Positions 24,744 to 37,600 of a stretch of DNA of 64,000 bases are shown one piece after another (positions within the stretch are counted from its first letter, which is position 1; every line of letters begins with the position of its first letter). The position numbers were made by a program, and so were the translations under genes. The stretch is from the human T2T-CHM13v2.0 reference genome, Homo sapiens: the NCBI RefSeq assembly GCF_009914755.1, contig NC_060926.1; one strand, 5' to 3'. Under the pieces are notes generated by a model. That model had not been told where the DNA came from and searched no databases. It worked only from the letters and a program-made list of their open reading frames with translations.

Positions 24744-27700
24744 GAGGATTAAAGTATAGGTGGAGACAATTAAATTTTATTTCATATCAGTGGTTCACAA
24801 CTATGGTACAGTATAATCTGGATATTTTAAGGTCTAAATAACATTTTCTTGGTAAAACTTATTTTAAATAGAAAAATTGAAAATAATGAGGAAGAAAATA
24901 ATATCCTTCTCTGTAACTGCATTCATTTACTGTTTAAAAAATAATTTGCACTACTTGCTATGGCCATACTTCTTAGTTTAGTTATACTAATTCTATTTAG
25001 TAAAAGCGACGATACCAACTTTTAAAAACCAACATGCAATGAGATAGATTAGAATTAAAATTTTATGTATGAGAGTCAAACCATTAGCTCCTTAAGGATA
25101 GAAATGTCCTGTTTTTCTTCAATTTGCTCAGTATATGATATACAGTAACTGCAGAAATTAAATTTCAGAGGGATTAAGTGATTTTCCTAAGTCCTATCTT
25201 CATAAATTTTAATATATATCTTTTAAACATTTAAACGGTATCCATGAAATTTAATACAAACATTATTAGCAAAAAGCCAGTTAGTTGAAAATAAAGAACT
25301 AAGATTTTGTTTTTTGGTTACTATTCCAATTACCTTTCTATTACCCTAGAGCTGAATAAATGGTTATTTGTGTGAATTAAAGTGGGCCACTTAAAAAATG
25401 TAAATGTAAAATAAAGCTATTTTATTCCCCTCTTGTGTAAACAGCAGTTTTCCTGTAAATCAGGGTGTGTTTTAAAAATCACCATCCCTTTGCTTAAAGT
25501 TGTGTTATTCTATATAAAGAAGATTGGTTCTGGTGGTGTCCTGCTGTGGTAAATTTTGAAAAGATGTCGAAAAACTTGTCTTATTTGCTTTGAAGTAAGA
25601 AACCAAGATAAAACTGAAATAAAATTAAATGGAACTAGACAACATTTCATCTCATGCTATTTTTTCGGGAAAAAAAGTCCAAATGTATATAGTAACCTTG
25701 AAAGTAAGTCTGTAGACATTATCAAATCAATCTAAATTGAGTTAGTGTATATGTGGTAGGCAGAAACTGGTAGAAATTAGTTTATCTTCCCCAGACTCTT
25801 TCTGTTTTCTTTGTACAAAGTAGGATAAACTTGTTTTTAGACCTGATTATGTTTCTTTGTTGCTTTTTTCCCCCTTTCCCTAAAAGGGCAAGGATTGTCC
25901 ATATTTTGTTCAATTCACACCAGGCGTTAGAACAGGAAACCATTAAAAAGCCCTAGGCACATGTATGACATCTGTAGCTATTATTGGAAAGATGTGTTGA
26001 ATATAAAACCTGAAACATTTCCAAATAAGGAATATAAACAATGATCCCCAGTGTTTTGTAGTTTCACTGCTTATAAACAACAAATTGAAGCTGTAGGGCT
26101 GATTCTTGTGATATACATACATGTGAACAACCTAGCCCACACATATTCCTCTTTATCTTATTAACAGGATCTCTACAAAATGCACTTCAGTCCCATTAGA
26201 CAAATGGTAAGGCTGTTGTATGACTAATCTTAGTGGACATTTTAAAAGCTTATTTTAAATATCCATTGCTTCTTTTATTTAAATGTATCTTTTTCTAGTT
26301 GGATCCATTCATTCCTAGAGCTTCTCATTTATAAGTTCAGATTGTATTGAGAATATTTGTGTCAAAATGCTTGATTCATATAGCACTTTCTGAAATAATT
26401 TTGCTAATCTTCAAATTGTCTATTTGAATAAAAACAAAGACATTAATTACAAAAAACTTTTGAAAAGACTATTGTCTCATTAACTTTTATGCTAAGAATT
26501 ATATATCTTATGTAATATATTTGCATATATCAATGATTTTCCACTCATTTGAACTTTTAAAAGTTGCTAATTGGTAAAGGAATCATCTAATTCTACCTTG
26601 ATGGGTTTGAAAGGAGAACTTAATAGTAGTTTATGGAACGACTTCAGAAAAACTATCGTATGTCATCTATTGCCTGTTGCATTCAGAATGAACAACAACT
26701 TATCTTCATAGAAAATGGTACTACTGACTTAGTTGCTCTGCCCTCTATGTCATTCTTAGTGAAAATGCTGTGATCAGGTGAGCTCTTAGTAATCATGGCT
26801 GTCTGATGTATCAAAGAGGTTTATTAAAACTTGGAAGCAGCTGTGGCATAGTACAATGTTCTCGATCATTGTGCATCGCAAAATTTACAAATGTTGAGAG
26901 TGTGGCTTTTCTTTAGTCTGTAAATGGCAGCACCCAATGACCCAGATTCCCCTTCTATTTCACAGGCGCTCAAAAGAAAACAAAAAACAAGCTGCCAGCT
27001 TTCCAATTTAATCCTTAATAATAACAATCTTCCAAGACTCCATATTTTCCTAGGTCATTTAGACAAATGTTATTCTACATCAAAATATAATTAAATGATC
27101 CAATATCAGTTTAAATTGCATTGTTGGTGTATTGTTTCCAAATTATAATTGTTAAGTGTTCTGTAGCTCACTGAATATTTTTAAGTTTGTTGTAGTGCCC
27201 AGAGGCAAAAATTGCAATGGGTACAATTTTATAAATCAAACTCATTAATAAATAATGTTTTCATTATTACTGGAATAAAGAGAACCATATAGGATGACCT
27301 TTTAAAAACATTACTACTTACAATTTGAAATGGCTTTAAATGGAGGATTGTACATAATGTATTGTAATGAGACCATCCCTTCCAGACCTATAGGTATTTC
27401 ACATCAGATTTCACAGTGAAGGAATGTTTGAGAGCTTCCCGAAAGTTAGACAATGCATTTTTATCTTATAATGTTTTCTTCCTTAAATTTAGAAGTTTTG
27501 TACTAGTAAACTTTGGTTACTTATTTGTAGATTTCTTTTCATTGCTCATGGTGAAGATAGGAATTATTGCATACAATGATTAAATTCTCCCGTATGAAAA
27601 TTATGTTTACAATTAACATATAGAAAGTACAACTTAGCTCAATAACATTTTAATCCACCCTCAAAAAAGAAAAGGAAAATCCAAGATCATATATTAAGAA

Positions 27701-28661
27701 ATATATATATGCCTATGGGAGTTTAAAATTCAACTTGTCTTCAAGAAGACAAGAAATTTTACCTCTTTTTTAGGTTGCAAAATTATTTCTATACTTCTTA
27801 TTTCTTCATAAGAAATAGTTTAAAAGATGTTGACCATAGCTGCCTTACCTTTATAAGAATTTTTGCCATTCTAACAAAAAAAAAAAAAAGAATTTTTGAT
27901 AGACATTTTTTCTGATACAATCATGAAAATATACAAGACACTCCAAAAATAACATTTTCCTTGATCTCTATGGTTAAACTTTTTTCATAAACACATACTT
28001 TTGCTTTGTATTGTACCATTCAAAGTAGGAATCAAATTTTAAACATGATGGTAATGTTCAAACTGATAAAACTAATATTCATCAAAAATAAATATTAGTA
28101 CAATATCCCACGACAAAAATGAACCACTGCTTGTAATTATTTAAAGCTATTAAATTATATATTTTATATGATAAATTACAACTATTTTATAATTAACAGT
28201 GAACATCATAGTAATTAAATTCGTGCAGTATCCTGTGTCTTATGAGAACTTTCTTTTCTTTAAACTTTCAGTTTTACCTAACTTCATGATGCAGAGTGGT
28301 TCTGTTTGTAATTGCTTTGTAAAGTTCTGAAGTGCAGGTTTAGATTCACAGTGCAGGTTTAAAGCTGTCTGGTTAACTATAGTCTCAACTGGGTAATTCT
28401 TATATAACTAGATTGATGCAGCTAAGAAAATAACTAAAGTCAGTCAAAAGTATTGGTCACCAATGCTTCAAACAATCCCATTAATCTGGCTGGTGACTTC
28501 AAGGATGTCTAAAACTTCTGGATAATAACTTGTCTCTTGTTATGCTAATTACCCTTTCCACATTTAGCATCACATCTGAGGAGACTGCAGATTGAGTTCC
28601 ATATCATTTCAATAAATGTTATCTTAAATGTTAACATACTTCAGGTTCAATGTATATAGTT

Positions 28662-29210
28662 TAGGGCTTCTCAAAGTTTGTTCCACAGATTTCTAGCTCT
28701 CTAGATTGGGGATCATCAGCCCCCAGCCATGGACTAGTACTGGTCCATGGCCTGTTAGGAGCCAGGCTGCACAGCAGGAGGTAAGCAGTAGGCAAGAAAG
28801 CACTGCCTGCGCTCAGGCTCCTGTCACATCAGTGGCAGCATTAGGTTCTCATGGAAGTGTGGATCCTATTGTGAACTGTGGATCTAGGTTGTACGCTCCT
28901 TACGAGAATCTAACTAATGCCTGATGATCAGAGGTGGAACCATTTCATCCCAAAACCATTACCCCATTTCCCCCACCCCCTTCCATGAAACTGGTCCCTG
29001 GTGCCAAAAAGATTGGGGACCACTGCTCTAGATAATCTGTGTTTCATTAAGATCTGGAAATGCTACATACTATATTCCCTCCATGAGTTCACAATATAGC
29101 AAATTAAATATTCTGAGTAAACTACTATTTCCTAAATTTATTTGACTGCAGGATCATTTTGGAAGCACCATCCACTAACATCCCATAGAAGACATTGTGA
29201 GAAATACTCA
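28662..29210. mobile_element. MER112-like hAT MITE split by MER1B
   Basis: GCTTCTCAAAGTTTGTTCCACAG | GGAAATGCTACATACTATATTCCCT...TTCACAAT...TTTCCTAAATTTATTTGAC...TAACATCCC. Confidence 0.7.
28707..29025 (+). mobile_element. MER1B hAT-Charlie MITE
   Basis: GGCCTGTTAGGAGCCAGGCTGCACAGCAGGAGG...GAGAATCTAACTAATGCCTGATGATC...TTGGGGACCACTG; perfect 8-bp TSD CTCTAGAT (28699-28706, 29026-29033). Confidence 0.95.
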
Positions 29211-30782
29211 CTGCGTCACAACTCATTAATAGCAACAAAGTTGCCCCTGAATCCGGTCCACCAATCACACATCGTTTGCTTCATTATCTTTGTCTATATA
29301 TAGATATAAACAAATATATATATCTCTCTCAAGATTTAGATTGTCAGGTGAGTAGAGAGGGAGGGAGGGAGGAGTATTGTCATTTCTAAGAAATGTCAAA
29401 AGCCACAGGTACTTGAAAAGGCCTGAAAGATCAGGGACTTGGCTTCCTTTAGAGCCTTGAACAAATTACAGAACTTTGCTTGGTTTTGTTTTGCTTTTAT
29501 CAGTTTTATTCATCAGTTGAGAGTGTCAGAAAACTTCCCTTTGAGTTCTCAAGTTTCATGGCTCAAGGCGAATTTTCTGTTTCTTTTCTGTTTTTAAGAA
29601 CTTGGGTCTAGAATAAAAGATAAGTAACAATTCAGTCATACCCTTTTGCAGAACACTCTCAGTATTTGCCTGGCAGTTTCTCTTGATGCATGCGTGCTTG
29701 ATTTTAGAGAAAGCCGTGAAGTTCATGCATTCTGTAGTTCTGAGAGTGATCTCTGTTACTTGAAGAAGCCAAAAATGCAGAGCCTTCTGTACCCCTCCAA
29801 ATCTTATTTTTAATGAAATATTATATGATTCCAAGGAAATTTAAACCTATGCAATGATTTCTTAGAGAATAGGTGAGAGAGGTGCCTGAGAGATAACAGA
29901 ATAGGGACGTCTGGGATATATATATATATCCTTGGGGATTTTTTTGATTATAGAACACATGAGCATTAAGAAATAGCACTTATTTAAAAGAGACTGTTCA
30001 GTTGAATACCTGTGTTGCTACTAATCACTTCATAGCTCCTTACTTTCCTATTTAAACAACAAAAGAGAGTTGGCCATAGGAATTTTTGTGTTGAGGTGGG
30101 GAAGTTTATAAAGGAATAGAACACATAATCATTTCAATGTCTCTTTTAATGGAAAGTAGTTATTTGCATTTGTCACAAATTAAACTTACCTAATTATTAA
30201 AATGCTGCCCTTTGGTTTTTGACTTAATAATTAAGAATGACTTCATTGTGATTTTAATCCCAGAGAGTCAGTTTATGTCTGTATAACATGCATGGCTTTC
30301 CAAAAAGGTGATTTATGTAATTAAGAGTGAGATATAGTTTATTTATGAAAAGGTGCTTTTGTGTGGTTAAATGTTTAACCTGAGCTAATTAGGAGCCTTG
30401 AGAATTTTAGTTAGCAAGTTAAGGCATTCAAAACTCTGAATGGGTATTTATAATTTAGCTTTGTTCCTTTTATTAGATGTGACAGAGCAATTTAGTATTG
30501 TAGGTTCACTCAATGGCTATCGCAGCATCATTCTTCATAATTTTTATTAATTGTATGGTTTTCCTTTTATGTTTTCAGGTGAGAGTATTTCTTTTCTAAA
30601 GATAGACCAAAGACCCACTTTTTTTCCTGAGTAATTCTGTCTCTTAATGAATGCTACTTAATCCATTAGGGTTCACATAAGTATTCTATCAAGATAGAAA
30701 TTTAAAGTAAATGTGACTTCATTAATTTAAACTTGTAGTATTTTGCTTAAATTCATGTAATTTTTTTAATCCATAGGGTAAG

Positions 30783-31348
30783 TGTGGAGATTGTCAAACA
30801 TGTTAATAAAATATTTGACACTGTTTCAGTGAAGAGCTGAGGTCTAATGTCCTCTCTTCTTGAATCTGGACTGGCCCAGTGACTTAATTGAAAATCATAG
30901 CGTGCAGCAGACATTGTGTGACTTCTGAGACTAGTTCAGAAAAGGCTATACCTGTGGCTTCCATCTGATTCCCTTGGGCATTTGCTCTGGGACAAGCCAG
31001 ATGCCATGTAAGAAAGTCCATTTCTCTGAGTCCACTTTGCTAGAAAGGCCATGTGTAGACAATCTAGTTGGCAGCCATGGCAGATCTCCCAGCTTCCAGC
31101 TCGCATCAATGGCCAGCCACGTAAGTGAGCCGTCATGGATGCCCAGACCTGTGGAGCCTTGGCAGCAGCCGACTCTACATCTGACTGCAGCCTTGTGAGA
31201 GACCCCAAGCGAGGGCTGCCCAGCTTAGCCTTTCCTGAATCCCTGACCCACAAACTCTATGAGATGTGAATATGTAAACCAGAATACATATTGCTTTATA
31301 CCACTGAGTTGCCTGATGATTTGCTATGCAGCAATAACGACCAGAACA
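30783..31348 (+). mobile_element. MLT1 (G/H/F-like) MaLR solo LTR
   Basis: CTTGAATCTGGACTGG...TGTGACTTCTGAGACTAG...GAGAGACCCCAAGCGAG...CCTGACCCACAAA...TTTGCTATGCAGCAATA...CCAGAACA. Confidence 0.85.
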
Positions 31349-31463
31349 AGTAGGTTCAATACATTGCATAGATCTGTTCTTACATGATGTGTTTTAAAAG
31401 ATAACCATGATTTAAATAAATTACTTTATCTCAAAAAGCTAATCCAATGTTATTATTACCTTG

Positions 31464-31863
31464 TGTCTTAGTCTGTTTGTGCTGCTATACATAGCAAAAT
31501 ACCCGAGACTAGGTAATTTATAAAGAACAGAAATTCGTTTCTCACATTGCTAGAGGCAGGAAGTCTAAGATAAGGCACCAGCAGATTTGGTGTCTGGTAA
31601 GGGATTCTCTCTGTTTTCAGTATGGCACCCTGTTGCTGTATCCTTACATGACAGAAGGCAGAAGGGCAAAAAGAGCAAAAGGGACAAAAAAGGCTTCGCC
31701 AATTCCCTCCAGCCCTTTTATAAGGCATTAAGCCATTCATGAGGGCAGATCACTCAAGACCTGATCACCTCCCAAAGGCCACACTTCTTAATACTGTTGC
31801 ATTGGGGATTCAGTTTCAACATGAATTTTGGAGGGCACACAAATCTTGAGGGAGATTATAGCA
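31464..31863 (-). mobile_element. MSTD/MLT1A-like MaLR solo LTR
   Basis: TGTCTTAGTCTGTTTGTGCTGCTATA...GGTAATTTATAAAGAACAGAAATT...TTTCAACATGAATTTTGGAGGG...ATAGCA. Confidence 0.9.
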
Positions 31864-32209
31864 CCTCCTGAGAATAAGTTTTAGAAATTAGTAATATATT
31901 ATTCTAAGTATACATAAATAATGTGTGCTGATAATATAAACCATAAATTTATATCTTAACCAAAAAACATTTAATAAGATTATGCTAACGTAAAAATTAA
32001 TGTGCTTAAGAGTTTAATTCTCCATGAATTATAAAATCACAGGCAGATACCATATAGTTTATATTTATTTAAAGATTCTAAGAGATTTTCTGTACTCATA
32101 CTTTACTACCCAGAAATCAACCATTTTCCAGTAAGTTCAAGTTGGTGAGCTATGGTATAGAATTAGAACTTTTCAGGTTCTTGCTGAGAGCCTTTTATCT
32201 GTGTACATT

Positions 32210-34950
32210 TAAACTAGTATTTTTATTATAGAATTAATATATCCACATGCTCAAAACTCAAATCATAAAAAAGTAAAATGAAAACTCAGCCTCCCTGGCT
32301 CCTATTTTGTTTCAGTCCCACAGGCAACCCCTGATCACAGTTGCTGTTTTTACATTTTTAAGGTGGCTATGATAAAACTTAAAATTAAATTTTACACGTA
32401 TTCCCCTTTTTCTTGATTTGTCAACTTTACAGAATATCTACTCTTGATTACCTGCTATTGTAAATGAGTAATTTCTTACATTTAGGTTACCTCCTATCTC
32501 CCTTTCTCCTGCTCTGCTTCCGGTTATGTATAATTTTCACTTTAATGGTTATCTTCAGATTAATTGTTGCCTTTATAGCTTTAAATAATATACTTAAACA
32601 TCTATTTCTTGATTTACCCACCCTGGCCAATATTTCTTACTCCTTGATATGAAAAGGGAAAAAATAAGAATACTCTTCCTTATATTAACTTTTCCTTGAT
32701 TCATCGCTATGTTTTTATAAATCCATTGTTACTTTTATCTAAAAATCTGTTTTATTCTACTCTTGATGAATATTTGAATTATCCACTTTGGGATTATTAA
32801 TAATGCTTCTATGAGCATCTTGCACTGTCTTTGGTGCACAAATGTACATGTGTTGCTAAGTCTGTACACTGTGAGTTAAAGGCTGTGTGTATAATACCAG
32901 TTTTCAAATAGCTATACTAAATTATACTCACACCAGCAGTATGAGACAGTAGGAATTCCATATCCTCATCAATAATTGGTACTGTTTGCCTTTTTCATTT
33001 TAGCTATTCTGATGGGTATTTTATGGTATAAAATTAGGTTTAATTTTCGTTTCCTTGAGGATTAAGGAGGTTGAGCACCTCTTCATATGTTTGTTGGCCA
33101 TGTTTATTTTATGAAGACTTATATAGATAGGTCTCTTGCCCATAATTGTATTGGATTTCATCCATCTCCCTCCTCTCTCTCATCACTGTGTAGATTTTCT
33201 TTATATATTCTCTGTTACAACCCTTTTATCAAAAACATGGGTTGTGGGTATCTGCTTGTGTCTTGCTCTTTTCACTCTCTATTTGGTAACCTGGGTGAAT
33301 AGTTATTTTAAGCTAGTTCAATCTATCAATCTTTTCCTTTATGGATGGTGCTTTTATATTCTGTTAATATATCTTTCCCTATTCCCAAATCATAAGCATA
33401 TTCTTTCCTATTTTTATGAAGTTGTATTATTATTTTTGTCATTTATTTTAAAATCTGTAATCTACCTGAAATTTATTTTTTTCTGTGGCATAATCTAGAG
33501 TTACATTTGTGTTTTAAAAATATATTTATACATAGTTCACTCAGCACCATTTATTTTTTATGGAGAAAATATAGATTTACTTATTACTTTCTAGTCTATG
33601 CCATTGTCCTTTTTTGCTATGATGCTAAGACCTATATTGTACTGCTAAATAGAAATGGTGACGATCTTCTCAATATTTGTAGAACATGTTTAGATTTTTG
33701 CCATTAAATATGATATTAGTTCTAAGTTTTTTAATAGATTCCCTATGTTAGGTTGAAGAAGGTTCCTTCTGTTCCTAATAGGCTGAGAGTTTTTAATCAT
33801 GAAGAGTGTTAAATTTTGTCAAATATTTTTTCTACATCTGTTTCTTTTGTCTGATAATGTGGTAAACTACATTAGTGAATTTTTGAATGTTAAATCAAGT
33901 TTGCATTCCTGGTGAAAATCGATTTAATTAAGATAATATTATCTTTTGTATATATTGCTATGTTTAATTTACTAACAGTTGATTAAATATTTTTGCCTCT
34001 CTATTTATGAGTGTTACTGGTCCCTGACTTTCTTTATTGAGTAATGTATTTATATGGCCTAGGTTTCATGGTAATGCTAGTTTATATAATGTGTGGGAAA
34101 GTGTTCTCTTCTTTATTATTTCTGAAGGAGTCTTTGTAGGACTAGTTATGTCCTTCTCAACTGTTTGAGATGTAGTAATCTCGGCCTGGAGTTATCTTTG
34201 TTTCAAGGTTTATAAATATATATTCGATTTCTTCATTTGCTATAGAGCCCTTTAAGTTCCATCTTTCTTATTGGATCATTACTGGTAATTGGGTCATTCA
34301 AGAAATATGTCAATTTCATATAAATTGTCATATATTGGCATAAATAATAGAATTCCTTTGTTTTTCTATTATTGTCTGTGGAATCTGCAGTGGTGTTCCC
34401 TTTTTCATTCTTGACATTGATACAGTAGTCCCCCTTTATCCACAGGAAATACATTCCAAGATCCCCAGTAGATGCCTGGAAACACGGATAGGGCTGAACT
34501 CTATAGTATACTCACACACCTATGATAAAGCATAATTTATAAATTATGCACAGTAAGATTAACAGCACTAATAATAGAACAATTATAGCAATGTGCTGTG
34601 ATAAAAGTCATGGAAATGTGTGTTTGCTTTCATGCTTGTGTGCACTTTCTCTCTCTGTCTCTCTCTAAATATCTTCTTGTGCTGTACTCACCTGTTTTCA
34701 AACCTGGAAAACTGATAACGCAGAAAGCAAAACTGCAGATAAGAGGACACTACTGTAATTTATGTCTTCTCTCTCATTCTGCCTAGGTGTTTGTTAATTT
34801 TTTTCATCTTTTCAAAAAAAAATCAGTTTGATTTCATTGATTTTGTTTCCTGTTACATGTCCATGTTCCATTTTATTGGTTTCCATTCTTATTTATACTG
34901 TTTTATTCTGCTTAATTGTTCTTTAGTTTTTTCAAGTGGAAGCTTAGATA
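32210..34950 (-). mobile_element. Ancient L1ME 3' UTR/ORF2 relic
   Basis: AATGCTTCTATGAGCATCTTG, CACTCACCAGCAG-like, TTTTAGCTATTCTGATGGGT, GGTTGAGCACCTCTTCATATGTTTGTTGGCCAT, AGGTTGAAGAAGGTTCCTTCTGTTCCTA. Confidence 0.8.
34423..34755 (+). mobile_element. MER44 (Tigger7-derived) MITE inserted in L1ME
   Basis: Terminal inverted repeats CAGTAGTCCCCCTTTATCCACAG / CTGCAGATAAGAGGACACTACTG with TA TSD; the flanks rejoin into L1 sequence (TTCATTCTTGACATTGA-TA-ATTTATGTCTTCTCTC). Confidence 0.9.
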
Positions 34951-35101
34951 ATTTATTTTAGAGGAGATTAAATATCTTCAGGCCAATAAATTTGAAGCCT
35001 TTGCTTTAATGGGCAACATATTACTAACTAAGCCTCTTCCAAGAAAAATCGAAGGCCTAAATTAGAAGCATAATCTTAAGGGAAATTACACCAAAAGTTA
35101 A

Positions 35102-35408
<307 letters not shown>

Positions 35409-35959
35409 AAAATACATCAATTTTTTTAAAATAGGAAAAGGTACTAGACTGTTATATAGTAATATTCTTCCAGATCTTCAAAAGATACATAACCTCAGTA
35501 GCATAAAAGTGGTTTTAAGAATAGAAAAAAAAAAAAGAGGAAATAACTTTCCAAGTTACTTGGAAATTCATCTAGTCTTAAACTAAGTAAGAATGGTATG
35601 AAAGGATGAACAATAGGCTGATTTCACTTATAAAAATCAACATCATGGTAGAAAAAGGGCCAATTATGGTTTTAAAAACCTAAACATCTTCCTGACCATA
35701 CCCTCTCTTTGATTTTAATATTATTTGTGCCTCTTCTCTTTCATTTCTTTATGTTTATCAGTCTTACCATTGACTTTTCTGTTTGATTCTTCTTTTTTTT
35801 TTTAGTTTTATTTTTTGAGGAAACAATTTTTGCCCTCAAAATTAATGATTTCAAATGTGGCTGTATTTTCTATTTTATTTCTTTGTTTTTTATATTCATG
35901 TCTTCTTTTCATTTCTTTAGGCTTATTTTTTAGTGTTTTCAACACTTTATATGGTTTAG

Positions 35960-36730
35960 AAACTTTTTTAACATCTTTATGATTGAATATTTTAAACATA
36001 CACAAAAATAGATTAGTATAATGAACCTCCATGTACCCATCAGCTAGTTTCCATAATGAGCAACACATTGCCATCTTGTTTATTTTCCCATTTCATAATT
36101 TTACTTTAATACTGCAAAGCAGCTTCCCAACATCACGACATTTATATATAAATACTTCAGTGTACATCCCTAACAGAAACTCTTAAACAAAATCACTGTG
36201 TCATCATTCCATCTGACAAAAGTAGTGAATAATTCTTTAAATATCACCTAATACTTCGTCCATATTAAAACTTATTCAAATATCTCAAAAAAAATCTAAG
36301 GATCAGTTTGTGTGCAATAGAATCTAAAATGCACCTACACGTTGCTTCTGTCTATTATGACTCTTTGCATTCTTATTGTATAATTGTTTTTCTATTTTTT
36401 ATCTTAATTTCTTAGAAGTTAGTGAAAAAACAGATTTTTATATATAGAAAACAATCCTGGAATTAGCAGATTGCTGCCTTATGGTATCATCTAAATTGTT
36501 TCTTCATTCCCTGAATTTTCTGTAGTTAGATCTAGAGGCTTGATTGGATTCAGGATAATTCTTTCAGCAAGAATATTTCATAGGTGGTGCTTTCAACTTA
36601 CTACTTATTTGAATCCCTTTGTAAGGAACATGTCTTATTGCTGCACAGGGTTCAGATGATAGCCACCCAATCCTTCCTTTATATAATTCACCATCACTCT
36701 TTCATTTGATGTTTTTATCACCTATTGCAA
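35960..36730 (-). mobile_element. L1MC5-like 3' end
   Basis: TTTTAAACATACACAAAAATAGATTAGTATAATGAACCTCCATGTACCCATCA...GTTAGATCTAGAGGCTTGATTGGATTCAGG...GCAAGAATATTTCATAGGTGGTGCT. Confidence 0.78.
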
Positions 36731-37600
36731 TCGTTCTCTTTTAAAATAAACATTTAATTTTTAAAATGTTGTTATGTAATTTCTTATACATTTCTACATA
36801 TTTCTAAATTTTTATTGTGACTTTCTCTGTTATGTATGTTGTTTAGGTAACATACTTCCTATAAAGTTTCCTAATGTGCAGTGGTGAGGTTTTTGCTCGT
36901 TTTTAGGTTTCTTTTTGTTATTGATCTTAATTGCACTGTGGTCAGAGAACAAGATGTAAGATGTGTATTTATGGGCTCTTTAGTGTCTATTCAGGTTGTT
37001 TTATGTCATAGTATATGGTCATATTTTTTCTCTATATGTTCCTTTCCTTATAAGAATAAATAATAAACTTTTTCTCTATATATTCCTTTCCTAATATGTT
37101 TCATGTATGCCTTTGCTTTAAAACATTATTAGATGCCACTTTCTATGTTCATTTGAAGATTATACCGAAGTTTCTAGCTGTTCTGCTTAAATACCTGATA
37201 TCCTTTAGTCTGTAGTAGCTGGCAGTTATTGAGAGTACATCAAAGTCTCCATTATGATGCTGGATTTGTCAATCTCCTTATAATTGTATCCCTCTTTTAT
37301 ATTAGGAGGCTACGTTGTTAGGTGCGTAGGTTGGAATTTATTATATCTTTCTCTGGATTGTTCTTTTTTCTTTATGTAATTAATGACCTTTTAATTCCCT
37401 AGTAATATTTTATTGACAGCCTTTTGTCTGATATTAACATAGTAGTACAAGTTTTTTTAAGTTAGTACCTACTAATGTATCTTGCTGCCTTTCAATGTTG
37501 TCATATTTAGATATGACTCTTAGCTAAAGGTAAGAGACATTCAGTGATCACTGGTTTTATTTTTTTTAGTTTGAGAATCTCCGTGTTTCATTATTTCATT
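36730..37600 (-). mobile_element. Ancient L1M ORF2 relic (continuation)
   Basis: TTAATTGCACTGTGGTCAGAGAAC, AAAGTCTCC...TGGATTTGTCAATCTCC, TTGTTAGGTGCGT, TTTTGTCTGATATTAACATAG. Confidence 0.72.
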
